Shown one piece after another: positions 1 to 10,965 of a stretch of DNA of 64,000 nucleotides (position 1 is the stretch's first letter; each line of letters begins with the position of its first letter). A program made the position numbers and the translations under genes. The notes beneath the pieces were generated by a model. That model did not search any database and was not told the origin of the DNA. It worked only from the letters and a program-made list of their open reading frames with translations. This DNA comes from Spirochaetia bacterium. Its GTDB lineage: Bacteria; Spirochaetota; Spirochaetia; CADAEX01. Where the stretch lies: positions 3,456,001 through 3,520,000 of the forward strand of contig OY759746.1 of assembly GCA_963662795.1 (NCBI GenBank), given 5' to 3'.

Positions 1-2388
1 ATTGTCGAATATCTGTGCGGAAGAATTCTTGATTACGGAGAAAATAAATTTGCGCTCAGAACTCTTGCAGACTGTTATGAAAATGAAGGCGAGTTAGAGA
101 ACAAAATCGCAATCCAGGAAAGACTGATAAAAGTTGACTACGATGAAGCGGATATAGTCAAACATCTTGCTGAAAAATATGATTCAGACGGTAACAGGGA
201 TAAGGCTGTTGAATATTATAAAAAAGCTGTGCACCGGTATGCCAATAAAAAAATGTTTTCCAATGTAAAGGAACTCTGGACTAAACTTCTTGATTACTGC
301 CCCGATGAAATTGATTTTTTCTATCACCTTAATAAAAAAATTGCAAAATATATAAGCGAAGACAGAGCGGTACAGCTGCTTGAAGAATTGTATGAACATT
401 ATAAGAAAAAACAGAATTGGGATTATGCGATAGATATCTTAAAAAACATTCTTTTAATGGATCCTTCAAATAACGATATAAGAAGTGAAATAATCTACTG
501 CTTCAGACAGAAATACAGTTACCACAGCCAGCTTGAAGAATATATCAAGGTTTCAAATCTTACACAGAAATGGCGCAATATTCATGAAGCAATTGCAGAT
601 TTCGAAAAACATATTTCATTTGAAAGCAATAACTTTGTTTTTCACCGCTCCTGGGGAATCGGACTGATTACAAGCATAAAAGGGGATAATGTTGTTATTG
701 ATTTCATAAACAAGAAAAAACACAGCATGTCGCTTAAGATGGCTGTCAACGCCCTCACAATGCTTGGTAAGGATCATATATGGGTTTACAAGAGTACACA
801 CAAAAAGGATGAACTGAGAAAACTCATTAAAAAAGATATTCCATGGACACTGAAAACAATTATAAAAAGCTTTGATAATTCTGCAGATATGAAGAGAATT
901 AAAAGTGAGCTTGTTCCCGGAATACTGACTCCCGGAGAATGGACATCCTGGAGCACCGAGGCAAGAAAAATATTAAAAACTGACTCGGATTTCGGCAATT
1001 TGCCTGATAAGGTTGATTTTTTTGTGGTAAGGGATAAGCCGATTACGTTTGAAGAAAAAACATTTAACAAGTTCAAGGCAGAAAACAGTTTTTTTGCAAA
1101 ACTTAAAACTCTCCTTGATTTTGTCGATGAAGTATCGGTTGAATCGGATTTCTTTCCTGAAATGCTTCAATATTTCACAAATTACCTGAAATCATACAAT
1201 TCTGTTAATGAATATATTATTTCCAGTTATATTCTTGTAGATGAGATTTCCACGAAATTTCCCCATCTAAACCCCGGAATTAATATTACTTTTAATGAAT
1301 TATTTGAACAGACTGAAGATATAAAATCAGTATTCAATAAAATAGCTGACTCTGATCTTAAAAAAATATTTCTCGAAAAAGTTAAATTATATAATCCGCA
1401 GTGGCCGGCTGTCTATCTTGCAATATTTCCGGAATATCTTAATAAAAGCATAATTGACGCGCTTCTTATTGAAGGGCATAAAAATGAATTAACTGCACTT
1501 GCGGTTAAGATACATGAAAATTATAAGGAATACAGGGAAGCATTTATGTGGATTTTGAAAAACATGGATGAATATCCGGTTTTTCAAAAAGCTTTTCCGG
1601 GAGAAGAGAAAATTCTGGTCAATGCAATTCATCTTCTTGAAATTACTGACAGGGAAATTGCCAACAAGAGAGATGTAAGCAATAATAAAAAAATAATAAG
1701 ACAGATAAATAATTATCTGTTCAAGGATAACAGGCTTGAGAAATTTATTCTTGAAGCTGAAAAAGACAGGATTATCCGGATGGTATCCTTGATTGATGAT
1801 ATTGGAGGCGTGGACCCTCTTCTCAAGATAGATATCAAGAAAAAAGTAAAAAATATACATCCTGATATTAAATTAATCGGTATTGAGGAAGAAGTAGAGA
1901 CTGTTTCCAGAGGAATTATCGTTACAACTGAAAGCCTTGAAAACAAAAAGAAAGAGCTTAAAAACATCCTTGAGGTTGAAATCCCTGCCAATTCAAAGGA
2001 AATTGGAGCTGCAATACAGCTTGGGGATTTACGTGAAAACGCTGAGTACAAGGCAGGAAAGGAAAAACAGGAAATGCTTAATTCTGCCGTAGGCAAACTT
2101 AAAGAAGAAATTGAAAGATGTCAGATTTTTGATCCTGCAAATGTGAGGACTGATAAAGTTTCTTTCGGTACAAAGGTTGTCCTTATAAACAAACAGACAG
2201 GCGAAGAAGAAAGTTATACAATACTTGGGCCCTGGGAATCATCTCCTGAAAAAAATATTATTTCTTATCTTGCCCCGTTTGGAAATGAACTTCTTGATGC
2301 TGGTGCCGGCGATGAACTTGACTTCACTATCAATGATTCAAAATATGAATTTAAAGTTAAAGAGATATTAAAATCTGAAATAATCTGA
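1..2388 (+). CDS. greA: Transcription elongation factor GreA with long N-terminal helical/TPR-like extension (5' truncated by window edge)
   Basis: Frame is open from base 1, so the GTG at 229 is internal. C-terminal GreA motifs GDLRENAEY, VSFGTKV, YTILGP, ISYLAPFG. Long GreA is typical of spirochetes and chlamydiae. Confidence 0.93.
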   Translation: MVEYLCGRILDYGENKFALRTLADCYENEGELENKIAIQERLIKVDYDEADIVKHLAEKYDSDGNRDKAVEYYKKAVHRYANKKMFSNVKELWTKLLDYCPDEIDFFYHLNKKIAKYISEDRAVQLLEELYEHYKKKQNWDYAIDILKNILLMDPSNNDIRSEIIYCFRQKYSYHSQLEEYIKVSNLTQKWRNIHEAIADFEKHISFESNNFVFHRSWGIGLITSIKGDNVVIDFINKKKHSMSLKMAVNALTMLGKDHIWVYKSTHKKDELRKLIKKDIPWTLKTIIKSFDNSADMKRIKSELVPGILTPGEWTSWSTEARKILKTDSDFGNLPDKVDFFVVRDKPITFEEKTFNKFKAENSFFAKLKTLLDFVDEVSVESDFFPEMLQYFTNYLKSYNSVNEYIISSYILVDEISTKFPHLNPGINITFNELFEQTEDIKSVFNKIADSDLKKIFLEKVKLYNPQWPAVYLAIFPEYLNKSIIDALLIEGHKNELTALAVKIHENYKEYREAFMWILKNMDEYPVFQKAFPGEEKILVNAIHLLEITDREIANKRDVSNNKKIIRQINNYLFKDNRLEKFILEAEKDRIIRMVSLIDDIGGVDPLLKIDIKKKVKNIHPDIKLIGIEEEVETVSRGIIVTTESLENKKKELKNILEVEIPANSKEIGAAIQLGDLRENAEYKAGKEKQEMLNSAVGKLKEEIERCQIFDPANVRTDKVSFGTKVVLINKQTGEEESYTILGPWESSPEKNIISYLAPFGNELLDAGAGDELDFTINDSKYEFKVKEILKSEII

Positions 2389-2390
2389 AT

Positions 2391-4079
2391 ATGAAAAAAA
2401 ATATTTTTTTTATTGCGATATTTATACTTTCTGTATTTTTCCTGACAGCTTCCATATCAGCAGAACCTGTTGATATGGTTGTTCTGCTTGACACATCGGA
2501 AAGTGTGCTTCCCATTTATAATAATCTTGTTAACTACATTATCAAAGATGTACTTATGAATCACGTCAGGTTTGGTGATACATTCCACCTGATAAGTTTT
2601 GATTCTACGCCATCACTTATTATTTCCAGCAAGCTGAAAGATCAGGATGATATTGAATATGTATTGAATGAACTTTTTCTGCTGCATCCTCTCGGAAAAT
2701 ATACCGATATTATCATGGCCCTGAAATATTTAAGACAGTATGTATCAGAGGTTTCAAGCGACGGGAAAAGAGAAATTATAATACTTACTGACGGTATACA
2801 TGATCCTCCGCCTGAAAGTCCCTACCAGATAATAAATGATCCTGCAACAGGTATTAACCTTCTTGAACAGGAAATGAAAAAGCTGACAGAATCGAACTGG
2901 AAACTGAGTTTTGTCGAATTGCCTAAAAGCAGTGAAGATATTACAGGAGAAAATTCAGCAGTCAGTCAAGGTAAAGACGGAAGAACATCTGATAACAGCA
3001 ATCAGAATGATAAAGATAAGATCCTGTCCATAGATATAAAATCCGGAGGACAAAACGGAAATACCGGCAAAGAGCAAGCCGGGAACAGTATATTCACTTA
3101 TGTGGAAAAAAACAGCAAAATCTATAAAAGCGACTTTAATGATAATATAAACAATGAGAGCGGCGCAATTGTTACAGGGTCTCCGAGGATAACATATCCT
3201 GATAAACTTGGTAAAATAAATTATCATTTCACATTACCTCTTTTGATAGAAAATTTTTATTCATATCCTGTCTTATTAAATCTTGATAAAGTTTTAATAA
3301 ATTCTTCACAAGTCAATATTCTCGATGAACCTGAAAATATCGCAATTTCTCCCAATAAGAGTAAAAAACATTCAATAAGCCTTACCCTGCCCTATGGTTT
3401 TTCAACAGGCAAAACAAAATTAAAAATAGATCTGGAATTTACTGATGACAACAGGGCGTTCCCCGCATCTGCCGAAATAGAGCTTAATCTGAAAAGCTCG
3501 GTATTTGATATGATAATTAAAGCACGCAGTTATATTTTTAAAATATTTTTCATATTGCTTATAATTCTGACTATTGGATTTTTTATTTTATTCCTGAGAT
3601 ATTATATGGGTGTTTCTGTAAGCGAATCCTATAAAGTTGTCAAAAAGGATATTGAAACATCCATAAAGGAAGGAGCACGAAGACCTGTTGTCATGAAGGT
3701 TGAAGGACAGAACGATAATCTGATTGGGAACAGGAATGTTCATTCCTTTAAAAACGGTACAATTAAAACCATCGGCGGGGGCAGTTCCTCATATCTGATT
3801 TTTCTTTACAGAATAAAGGGCACTATTGCTGAATTACGTTTGGAAGATGATAAATATTCATTTAAACCGGTTGAAACTCTTTATTTTCCTGAGACCGGGG
3901 GAAGTGTCATTAATGATGCATTAAACGTAAAAATAAAAATAAAAACAGATAAGGGCCATATTATCAATATTAGATTTATGGAATACATATCCCCGCTTGA
4001 AAAGATAAACTCAATTATGCATCTAACTGATCATCGGGGTTTTCCTGAAGAAAGAAAAACCTGGCTGAACGCTGATTGA
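2391..4079 (+). CDS. vWA-domain membrane protein (signal peptide, MIDAS, TM helix, cytoplasmic C-terminal domain)
   Basis: Signal peptide; VVLLDTSES (DxSxS), YTDI, IIILTDG; TM segment IFFILLIILTIGFFILFL. Confidence 0.85.
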   Translation: MKKNIFFIAIFILSVFFLTASISAEPVDMVVLLDTSESVLPIYNNLVNYIIKDVLMNHVRFGDTFHLISFDSTPSLIISSKLKDQDDIEYVLNELFLLHPLGKYTDIIMALKYLRQYVSEVSSDGKREIIILTDGIHDPPPESPYQIINDPATGINLLEQEMKKLTESNWKLSFVELPKSSEDITGENSAVSQGKDGRTSDNSNQNDKDKILSIDIKSGGQNGNTGKEQAGNSIFTYVEKNSKIYKSDFNDNINNESGAIVTGSPRITYPDKLGKINYHFTLPLLIENFYSYPVLLNLDKVLINSSQVNILDEPENIAISPNKSKKHSISLTLPYGFSTGKTKLKIDLEFTDDNRAFPASAEIELNLKSSVFDMIIKARSYIFKIFFILLIILTIGFFILFLRYYMGVSVSESYKVVKKDIETSIKEGARRPVVMKVEGQNDNLIGNRNVHSFKNGTIKTIGGGSSSYLIFLYRIKGTIAELRLEDDKYSFKPVETLYFPETGGSVINDALNVKIKIKTDKGHIINIRFMEYISPLEKINSIMHLTDHRGFPEERKTWLNAD

Positions 4080-4102
4080 ATTAAAAATCAGTTTCCCTGA
4101 TG

Positions 4103-5434
4103 TTATAATTCCTCAAGCGCTGCAAGGGCGGCATTCCTTACAGACAGAGATTGCGATTTATCTTCAGAAATTGTTTTAATTTTATCTTTAAGACTGCTTA
4201 TTTTATTAATTCTGATACCTCGTATTCCTGATATTTTAACTACGACAGAACTGTGTCCAAGCATTCTTTCGAAAAATATTTCAAGCGAGGGATCCTCTAT
4301 TTTTGACAGCTCGCCGCAGAAACTTTCAAGCAGGGTTTTATTTGCAGAATTCCATTCTTTTTCAAGTACCTTATCTATCATTTTGATTGAATCTGAAACA
4401 TTTTTTTCAATGCTTAACATAAAGGCGAGTTTTCTGATTTTAAAGCTTGTTCGCGGGTCTTCTGTTTTGGATATGATATAATCCATTGCCTTTTTGCCGC
4501 CTGTCTCAGCAAGTGCTTTTAATGCTTCAAGGCGTATAATTTCTTCAGGGTCATTCTCTATACGATAAATAAGAATATCAACATAACTGTTGTTTTTCCG
4601 GCTGCCTGCAGCAGTTGCTGCTTCTTTTCTGATTCTCCAGTTTTCATCTTTAAGTGATTCAAGAATAATATCATCTGCTTCCTTTCTGTCATATTTGCCT
4701 ATTGCAGCTAGCGCATAAATCCTTATATACGGGTCTGTTTCACTAAAGGCAGAAAGAAGAAAATCAAAGTTTTCTTCAGCGGCAATCTGTCCCAGTGAAT
4801 TAATTGCGTATTGCCTGTATGTTTTTTCCATCTCTTTATCAGAGCCGATATTTCTTAAGAATTCAGAACTTGAAGGATCTTTTAATTTACCAATATCCAG
4901 AAGAATCTGGAGTTTTACTGCGTCTGTTTCTTCTTTTTCATATACTTCAATGAGCTTTTCCGTATATTTTTTGTCTCCTGTTTCACATATGGCTTTAACA
5001 GCTTCTATCCTGTAATCAGGTTCGTTATCATCCAGAAGTACAGGATATAGCTCTTCAGCTGAACTTTTATCAAGTACCGAAACATATCTTATAGCATTTA
5101 CCACTACAGTTTTATTTTCATCATTTCTGTTCTGAATTTTCTTGACAGCTTCATCCATTAATAAATCAGATTCAATAACTGTAAAATAATTGATTATGTC
5201 TTTTTGAATAGAGATATTCCTGGTTGTTCCAAACAGCTTTATTAATTCAGCGTTATAGGTAGTGTCCTTTTCTTCTGTAAGTTCTTTTATAAGTTCTGAT
5301 ATTTCACTGTTCAGCCCGTATGCAAGCTTATCCTCTCTGGTTTTCCTTAGTGACGGGATATCATCATTATCCTGCGGAATTATGAGATGAACAGGTAATA
5401 TTAACAAAACAAGCAGCAGCACGGATGGTCTCAT
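4103..5434 (-). CDS. Exported HEAT-repeat protein
   Basis: Signal peptide; repeated HEAT/PBS-like motifs (DPYIRIYALAAIG, ENWRIRKEAATAAG, EEIIRLEALKALA, VRNAALAALEEL). Confidence 0.8.
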   Translation of the reverse strand: MRPSVLLLVLLILPVHLIIPQDNDDIPSLRKTREDKLAYGLNSEISELIKELTEEKDTTYNAELIKLFGTTRNISIQKDIINYFTVIESDLLMDEAVKKIQNRNDENKTVVVNAIRYVSVLDKSSAEELYPVLLDDNEPDYRIEAVKAICETGDKKYTEKLIEVYEKEETDAVKLQILLDIGKLKDPSSSEFLRNIGSDKEMEKTYRQYAINSLGQIAAEENFDFLLSAFSETDPYIRIYALAAIGKYDRKEADDIILESLKDENWRIRKEAATAAGSRKNNSYVDILIYRIENDPEEIIRLEALKALAETGGKKAMDYIISKTEDPRTSFKIRKLAFMLSIEKNVSDSIKMIDKVLEKEWNSANKTLLESFCGELSKIEDPSLEIFFERMLGHSSVVVKISGIRGIRINKISSLKDKIKTISEDKSQSLSVRNAALAALEEL

Positions 5435-6993
5435 TCAAACCTCCTTTTCCTGAAGAAAATAAAATCTACTTTGAGAATAGCATAAATAACAAGTACTGAC
5501 GCTGTAAAAATTATTGCTGCAAAAATAAAATAAAACAGAAGCTCAATGCTTAAGCCTTTTCTCCATATCTCTCCCAGATAAATGCGTGAGTATAATAGTG
5601 CTGCGGAAGGAATAAAAACCGAGACAGTAATTTTCAATTTATTTATAATCATTTTTCTGAAATTATAGTCCCTGTATGAAGATTTAATATCTAAAAGCAT
5701 TAAAAAAGCCCCGGCGCTGAAAGCAAGAGAATTCGCAACTGCAAGACCGCAGACTCTAAGAGGTGTTTCTTTTAGTATAAGCGAGAGAACTACATCAAAA
5801 ATACATACAATTAAGGCATATATAAAAGGTTTTCTGTAATTATGGACCGAATAATAAAATCTCTGCATAAAATTAAAAAAACCAATAATAAAAAGCCCGG
5901 GAGCAAAACCTTTTAATACAAAAGAGGTAAGATAGGTATTTTCTGGAGTAAATGAACCTCTCTGCATCGCTATCGAAACAAGCTCAGGCCCCATAATAAA
6001 AATAAAAAGACTTGAAGGAAGGAGCAGCGAAAAAAGGTTTATTACACCTGTATTCATTGTTTCAAGAAGTTCCGGCCTTTTCCCTGCTGCGGCAAATTTG
6101 CTCATTCTTGGGAATAAAACAGTAATTATTGATGCTGAAAATATTCCAAAGGGAAGCTGCCAGAAAACAATTGCATAACTTAAAGCGGATGAACTTCCGG
6201 TTTCAAGACCGGAAGCAAACCGCATTGCAATCTGATGACTAATGGCAAAAATTGAGGCAGTTGCTACAACCGGAAACCAGTTTTTCATAATTTTTTTAAA
6301 ATAATTATTGCTGAAATCTGTATCCGGTTTGAAGTCAAAACCTTCCCTGAGATAGACGGGAAGCTGAAATACAATTTGCAGAATACCGCCGGTCAATACT
6401 CCGACAACCATCGAAAAAATTCCCATGCTCCTGTAAAAGAAAACAACGCTTGTAATAACAGTTATTGAAAAAAGAATCGGTGTTATGGAAGGAATAAAAA
6501 AGTAATTTTTTGAATTCAGTACAGCCATTATTACAGCGCTTATGCTGATGAGAAGCAGATAACTGATAAACCATTTAAAAAGAGAAACTGCAAGATTCTG
6601 CAGATACGGGTCTGTAAATTCGAACAGTATTCTGTTAATTAAAAAATCAGAAAAAATAATAGAAAGAATGCAAACCGGAACAAGTATTAAAACCTGAAAA
6701 GTAAGAATATTTCTTACAAGTTTTTTTGTTGATGACGTCTCTTTTTCTTTTACCAGGGATTCTGTAAGAACAGGGATGAAAGCTGATGAAAGGGCCCCCT
6801 CTGCCATCAGTTTCCTTAAATTATTGGGGACTGAAAAAACAGAGTTAAGTACATCCGCCTCACCTGTTGCGCCGAAATAAGCTCCGATAACGGCAACCCT
6901 TAGAAATCCGAGTATGCGTGATATAAAAGTGCATATCATAACTAAAATAGCAGATAAAGATGTTTTTTGTATATTAGCAGAGTTTGTTTTCAT
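5431..6993 (-). CDS. murJ: Lipid II flippase MurJ (MviN)
   Basis: SRILGFLR, PNNLRKLMAEGALSSAFIP, multiple TM helices. Start set at ATG 6993, which follows an AGGTGA RBS. Confidence 0.93.
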   Translation of the reverse strand: MKTNSANIQKTSLSAILVMICTFISRILGFLRVAVIGAYFGATGEADVLNSVFSVPNNLRKLMAEGALSSAFIPVLTESLVKEKETSSTKKLVRNILTFQVLILVPVCILSIIFSDFLINRILFEFTDPYLQNLAVSLFKWFISYLLLISISAVIMAVLNSKNYFFIPSITPILFSITVITSVVFFYRSMGIFSMVVGVLTGGILQIVFQLPVYLREGFDFKPDTDFSNNYFKKIMKNWFPVVATASIFAISHQIAMRFASGLETGSSSALSYAIVFWQLPFGIFSASIITVLFPRMSKFAAAGKRPELLETMNTGVINLFSLLLPSSLFIFIMGPELVSIAMQRGSFTPENTYLTSFVLKGFAPGLFIIGFFNFMQRFYYSVHNYRKPFIYALIVCIFDVVLSLILKETPLRVCGLAVANSLAFSAGAFLMLLDIKSSYRDYNFRKMIINKLKITVSVFIPSAALLYSRIYLGEIWRKGLSIELLFYFIFAAIIFTASVLVIYAILKVDFIFFRKRRFE

Positions 6994-8098
6994 AATCACC
7001 TGAAAAGCTTTTTTTAAAATCATTAAATGTATCTGTTAATATGCTTTCCCTTATTTTTTCCACAAAATCCCTGATAAAAGAAAGGTTGTGTTCTGTTGCA
7101 AGCATAGGTCCCAGTATTTCATTTGTTTTAAACAGATGGCGCAGGAATGCTCTGGAATAGTTAGTGCAGGTAAAACATCTGCATTTTTTCTCAACAGGAT
7201 TGAAATCATCAGCAAATATTTCTTTTTTAATTGATATTTTACCATTCCATGTAAAAAGTGTCCCGTTTCGGGCAATTCTTGTCGGATAAACACAATCAAA
7301 CATGTCTATTCCGTTTTCTACTGCCTCAAGAATATATTCAGGGGTACCAATTCCCATGAGATAATGAGGTTTATTTTTATCAATTACTGATGCTGTTTCA
7401 GAAAGATGTTCTTTGAAAACATCGAATGATTCTCCGACAGACAAACCGCCTATTGCGATTCCCGGAAAATCAAGGCTGCTTATATATTCCGCGCTTTCCT
7501 TTCTGAGATCTTTAAAAAAATTACCCTGTACTATGCCGAATAAATTACCGCCCCATTCATCCCGGCAGCCAAGCCAGTATTCCCTGCTTTTTAAGGCCCA
7601 GTCATGAGTAGTTTTCATTGCGCTGTAAGCTTTTTTCCAGGTTATGTCGGGGGGTGTGCATACGTCAAGCGGCATAAGTACATCGCTTTTGAATGTTTTC
7701 TGAAGATCAACAACATTTTCCGGGGTCAGGGTATGGTATGATCCGTCTATATGGGATCTGAAATAAATACCTTCTTTTTTTATTTTTCTGAAAGGTGCAA
7801 GTGAAAATATCTGGAATCCTCCGGAATCAGTCAGAATATTGTGTTCCCAGGAGATGAATTCATGAAGACCTCCGGCTTTTTTTATTATCTCAGCCCCGGG
7901 CCTGAGATAAAGGTGGTAAGTGTTGCCAAGTATAAGATTTACTCCTGAATTAGAAAGGGTCTTATGTTTTACTGCCTTGACAGAACCGTTGGTTCCTACC
8001 GGCATAAAAACCGGTGTGCTTATTTTACCGTGCGGCAGATCAAATTCAGTAACTCTTGCCGAACTGTTGCTGCAATTTTTTAGTATCTTGAAATTCAT
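6974..8098 (-). CDS. tgt: tRNA-guanine transglycosylase
   Basis: TPVFMPVGT, NTYHLYLRPG, LTDSGGFQ, GGLSVGE, DMFDCVYPTR, CxCxxC Zn site. Start at MNFKILK (8098). Confidence 0.97.
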   Translation of the reverse strand: MNFKILKNCSNSSARVTEFDLPHGKISTPVFMPVGTNGSVKAVKHKTLSNSGVNLILGNTYHLYLRPGAEIIKKAGGLHEFISWEHNILTDSGGFQIFSLAPFRKIKKEGIYFRSHIDGSYHTLTPENVVDLQKTFKSDVLMPLDVCTPPDITWKKAYSAMKTTHDWALKSREYWLGCRDEWGGNLFGIVQGNFFKDLRKESAEYISSLDFPGIAIGGLSVGESFDVFKEHLSETASVIDKNKPHYLMGIGTPEYILEAVENGIDMFDCVYPTRIARNGTLFTWNGKISIKKEIFADDFNPVEKKCRCFTCTNYSRAFLRHLFKTNEILGPMLATEHNLSFIRDFVEKIRESILTDTFNDFKKSFSGDYENKLC

Positions 8099-8118
8099 TC
8101 GGTTATTGTCCTGTAATA

Positions 8119-9204
8119 TCAGGTTTTTGCATATCTGAACATTGCTATGCTCATAAAAATAAAAAAAACAAATGTTCCCCATGCTCCGGCGAAAGGAGGA
8201 ATATATCCAATTTTTGCAAAGAGCATCAAAACCATCTGCATTATATAATAAAATACAGATAATAACAGGCTTGAAAGAAGACTCATGAGAAGAATGTTTT
8301 TTCTTAAATTCCCTCCGATCGATGATGCAATAATTGAAACAATCAGGCAGGTAAATGGAAATGAGAAACGTTTATAGTACTCAGCAAGCTGGCTCTTGTG
8401 TGGAAGTCCGGCACTTTTGAGTGTTTTAATCCATTTTGCCGCCTGAATATAATTCATTTCATCAATGTTTTTTACAATTCTTCGAAATGTAGATGGTGGA
8501 AGATTGTATGATTTATCTTCAATTATTGAAATATTTTCAAGTTTGTATTCACTTGTCAGCTGATCAAAAGTATATTTCCTGCAGTCAGTTAATACCCAGT
8601 ATTCATTTTTTTCATTCCATTCTGCCCATTTGCAGTCTATCCTTTCCGGATTTCTGATATTTGCACTTCTGTCTATTATCATAAGGGATGTCAGGGTTTT
8701 AGCAGAATCATTATAAAAATCTGCGCTATAAATAATTTCACGGCTGTTGTTCATGACTGTAATGTTATTATTACTGAATGTAGTTTTTGTTCTCAGAAGT
8801 TCTGAAGTCAGCTCATTTTTACGGCTGTATGTATTTATAACAACAGTCTCGTGAAAAAAAAATGTAAATATACTAAGAAAAAGTCCGCATATAATAAGCG
8901 GTATTGTAAATCGATAAATTGAGATACCTGATCCAAAAACAGCTATGAGTTCATTTCTGGAATAAAATGTACCCAGAGTATAAGATACGGAAAAAAGAAC
9001 AGATACCGGCAGTGCATAAAATATGCATTTGGGTGCATACAAAAGAGAAACCTTCAGTATTTCGATAAGGGGAACATTGTTGTTTATATAACGCCAGAGA
9101 TTGGAGAATAAATCAAGAAGTTCAATAATCATCAGGAAAAAAAGAATCGAAACAATAAAAGTTTCAAAAAAAGATTTTAATGTCATTCTGTCCAGTAAGT
9201 TCAT
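8119..9204 (-). CDS. lptG: LptF/LptG family permease (LptG-like)
   Basis: NELIAVFGSGIS motif, 3+3 TM layout. ATG at 9204 overlaps the upstream stop (ATGA). Confidence 0.85.
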   Translation of the reverse strand: MNLLDRMTLKSFFETFIVSILFFLMIIELLDLFSNLWRYINNNVPLIEILKVSLLYAPKCIFYALPVSVLFSVSYTLGTFYSRNELIAVFGSGISIYRFTIPLIICGLFLSIFTFFFHETVVINTYSRKNELTSELLRTKTTFSNNNITVMNNSREIIYSADFYNDSAKTLTSLMIIDRSANIRNPERIDCKWAEWNEKNEYWVLTDCRKYTFDQLTSEYKLENISIIEDKSYNLPPSTFRRIVKNIDEMNYIQAAKWIKTLKSAGLPHKSQLAEYYKRFSFPFTCLIVSIIASSIGGNLRKNILLMSLLSSLLLSVFYYIMQMVLMLFAKIGYIPPFAGAWGTFVFFIFMSIAMFRYAKT

Positions 9205-10481
9205 CTTGTAAATCTCATAAAGAAAACTCCCGAAGATAACAGCAGAATTACCATGTTTGGAAACCACATTGCAATAAGCGGGGGAAAATTGCTTCTTACC
9301 CCGAGTGTATGGGCGGCAAAAAGCATACACCAGTAAAAAACAGAAACAATCAATCCAATCCCGAAACCTACAGATCTGCCACTTCTTTTGGAGAAAAGCC
9401 CTGCAGGATATGAGAACAGAACAAAGAGCAGACATGCCGCAGGAAGAGAAAATTTCTTGTTGTATTCGAGTTTGTAAATCTGAAGCTGTCTGTCTCTTAT
9501 TATTTCCTTTCCTGTATTTGAATAATTTGTGAAATTACGGATAAGTTCGTCCTGTGCCTTTTTTTTCTTTTCTGCAACAGTTTTTAGCGATGATAATTCA
9601 ACAAGATTTTCTGTGTATTTAATATAATTTTGATTATTTGAATATTTGATATTAAATAGTTTTTCATCAAGATTTTTTTCTTTTTCTTTAATTGATTTGT
9701 AAACATCAAAGGAACTCATCTCCCGCGGACCAGGGTTTCTTACCGCAAGACTTAAGTCACTAAGCAGAATATTATAGATCATTTTTTCCGCTGTAAACCA
9801 GTTGTAATCATACTCTTTTTTCTGATCTGAAAAATGGCTGAAAATATCAGACAAGGTAAGTGAAATTATTCCACGCCCCTCTTTGTCATCTTCAATATAG
9901 GCTTTTCGGGCAGTAATAAATCTCTTGTCTCCTTCATTTGTTCTGTCAATAATTATTATATCATCAATATTTTTACCTTTGACCTGTCCCGTAATAAGGA
10001 CGGTATCCATATACCGTTTAGCTGTAAATGATTCAAGTTCAAGTTCAGGATTGGAATATATCAGTTTCCGGTAGAGTTTTGTATAGTTCATTGTACCGAC
10101 AGGAAGGAGATAATCATTTATCATAAAAGATGCAAGCGTCAACAGCAGCCCTATAAGGATCAAAGGGGTAAATATCTGCTTATGGCTTATCCCTGATGAC
10201 TGCATGGATAATATTTCATTATCTGATGCCATTCTGGAAACAGCCATAAGACAGCCGACAAGTGAAGCAAAAGGAAATGTAAGGGAAAGCATTGTGGGCA
10301 TAAAATATATCAAAAGCAGCAATACATCTATAGCAGGTATTTTTTTGGATAAAATATATTCTGCAAGCAGCAGTATCTGATTGGCAAAAAAAATAAAAAA
10401 GAAAAAAACAAAGCATACAAAAAAAGAGAGTAGAAATTCATATGAAATGTATCTGAAATAGATTGGAATATATTTCTTCAT
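9201..10481 (-). CDS. lptF: LptF/LptG family permease (LptF-like)
   Basis: RMASDNEILSMQSSGIS, KKFSLPAACL, AMWFPN; paired with lptG. Confidence 0.85.
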   Translation of the reverse strand: MKKYIPIYFRYISYEFLLSFFVCFVFFFFIFFANQILLLAEYILSKKIPAIDVLLLLIYFMPTMLSLTFPFASLVGCLMAVSRMASDNEILSMQSSGISHKQIFTPLILIGLLLTLASFMINDYLLPVGTMNYTKLYRKLIYSNPELELESFTAKRYMDTVLITGQVKGKNIDDIIIIDRTNEGDKRFITARKAYIEDDKEGRGIISLTLSDIFSHFSDQKKEYDYNWFTAEKMIYNILLSDLSLAVRNPGPREMSSFDVYKSIKEKEKNLDEKLFNIKYSNNQNYIKYTENLVELSSLKTVAEKKKKAQDELIRNFTNYSNTGKEIIRDRQLQIYKLEYNKKFSLPAACLLFVLFSYPAGLFSKRSGRSVGFGIGLIVSVFYWCMLFAAHTLGVRSNFPPLIAMWFPNMVILLLSSGVFFMRFTR

Positions 10482-10517
10482 GATGTTTTTCCGGTCTGAT
10501 TTTTTTGTCGTTCCCTG

Positions 10518-10961
10518 TCAAACTCCGGTAGATCCGAATCCTCCGTCCCCTCTTTCTGTCCGGTTTAGAGATACTTCATGAGTGAAAAGAGCTGTAACTA
10601 CCGGAGCAATAATCATCTGGGCAATCCTGTCTCCTCTTCTGATAATGAAATTTTCTTTTCCAAGGTTGATCATTATTATCTTTATTTCTCCCCTGTAATC
10701 AGAATCTATGGTTCCGGGTGTGTTAACCAGTGTTATGCCGTATTTTACCGCAAGACCGGATCTGGGACGGATCTGGGCTTCATAGCCATCCGGTATTTCG
10801 ATTCTAATACCTGAAGGGATTAATTTTCTTTCTCCCGGAGAAATTATTTCATCTTCTTCCACTGCAGCAAAAAGGTCTGCCCCTGCTGAACCGGCTGTTG
10901 CATAATGAGGGATTAAATCCGGTGATTGACAAAAGCATTTAATTGAAACCTGTTCAGCCAT
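10518..10961 (-). CDS. dut: dUTPase (trimeric type)
   Basis: [41 protein letters not shown]. Confidence 0.98.
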   Translation of the reverse strand: MAEQVSIKCFCQSPDLIPHYATAGSAGADLFAAVEEDEIISPGERKLIPSGIRIEIPDGYEAQIRPRSGLAVKYGITLVNTPGTIDSDYRGEIKIIMINLGKENFIIRRGDRIAQMIIAPVVTALFTHEVSLNRTERGDGGFGSTGV

Positions 10962-10965
10962 ATAT

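Noticed and set aside
9205-9435. N-terminal extensions given by the ORF track for lptG (likewise tgt 8099-8182 and the PEGA gene 40681-40788)
   Set aside because: They overlap neighbouring genes or promoters; internal ATGs fit family N-termini and coupling better.
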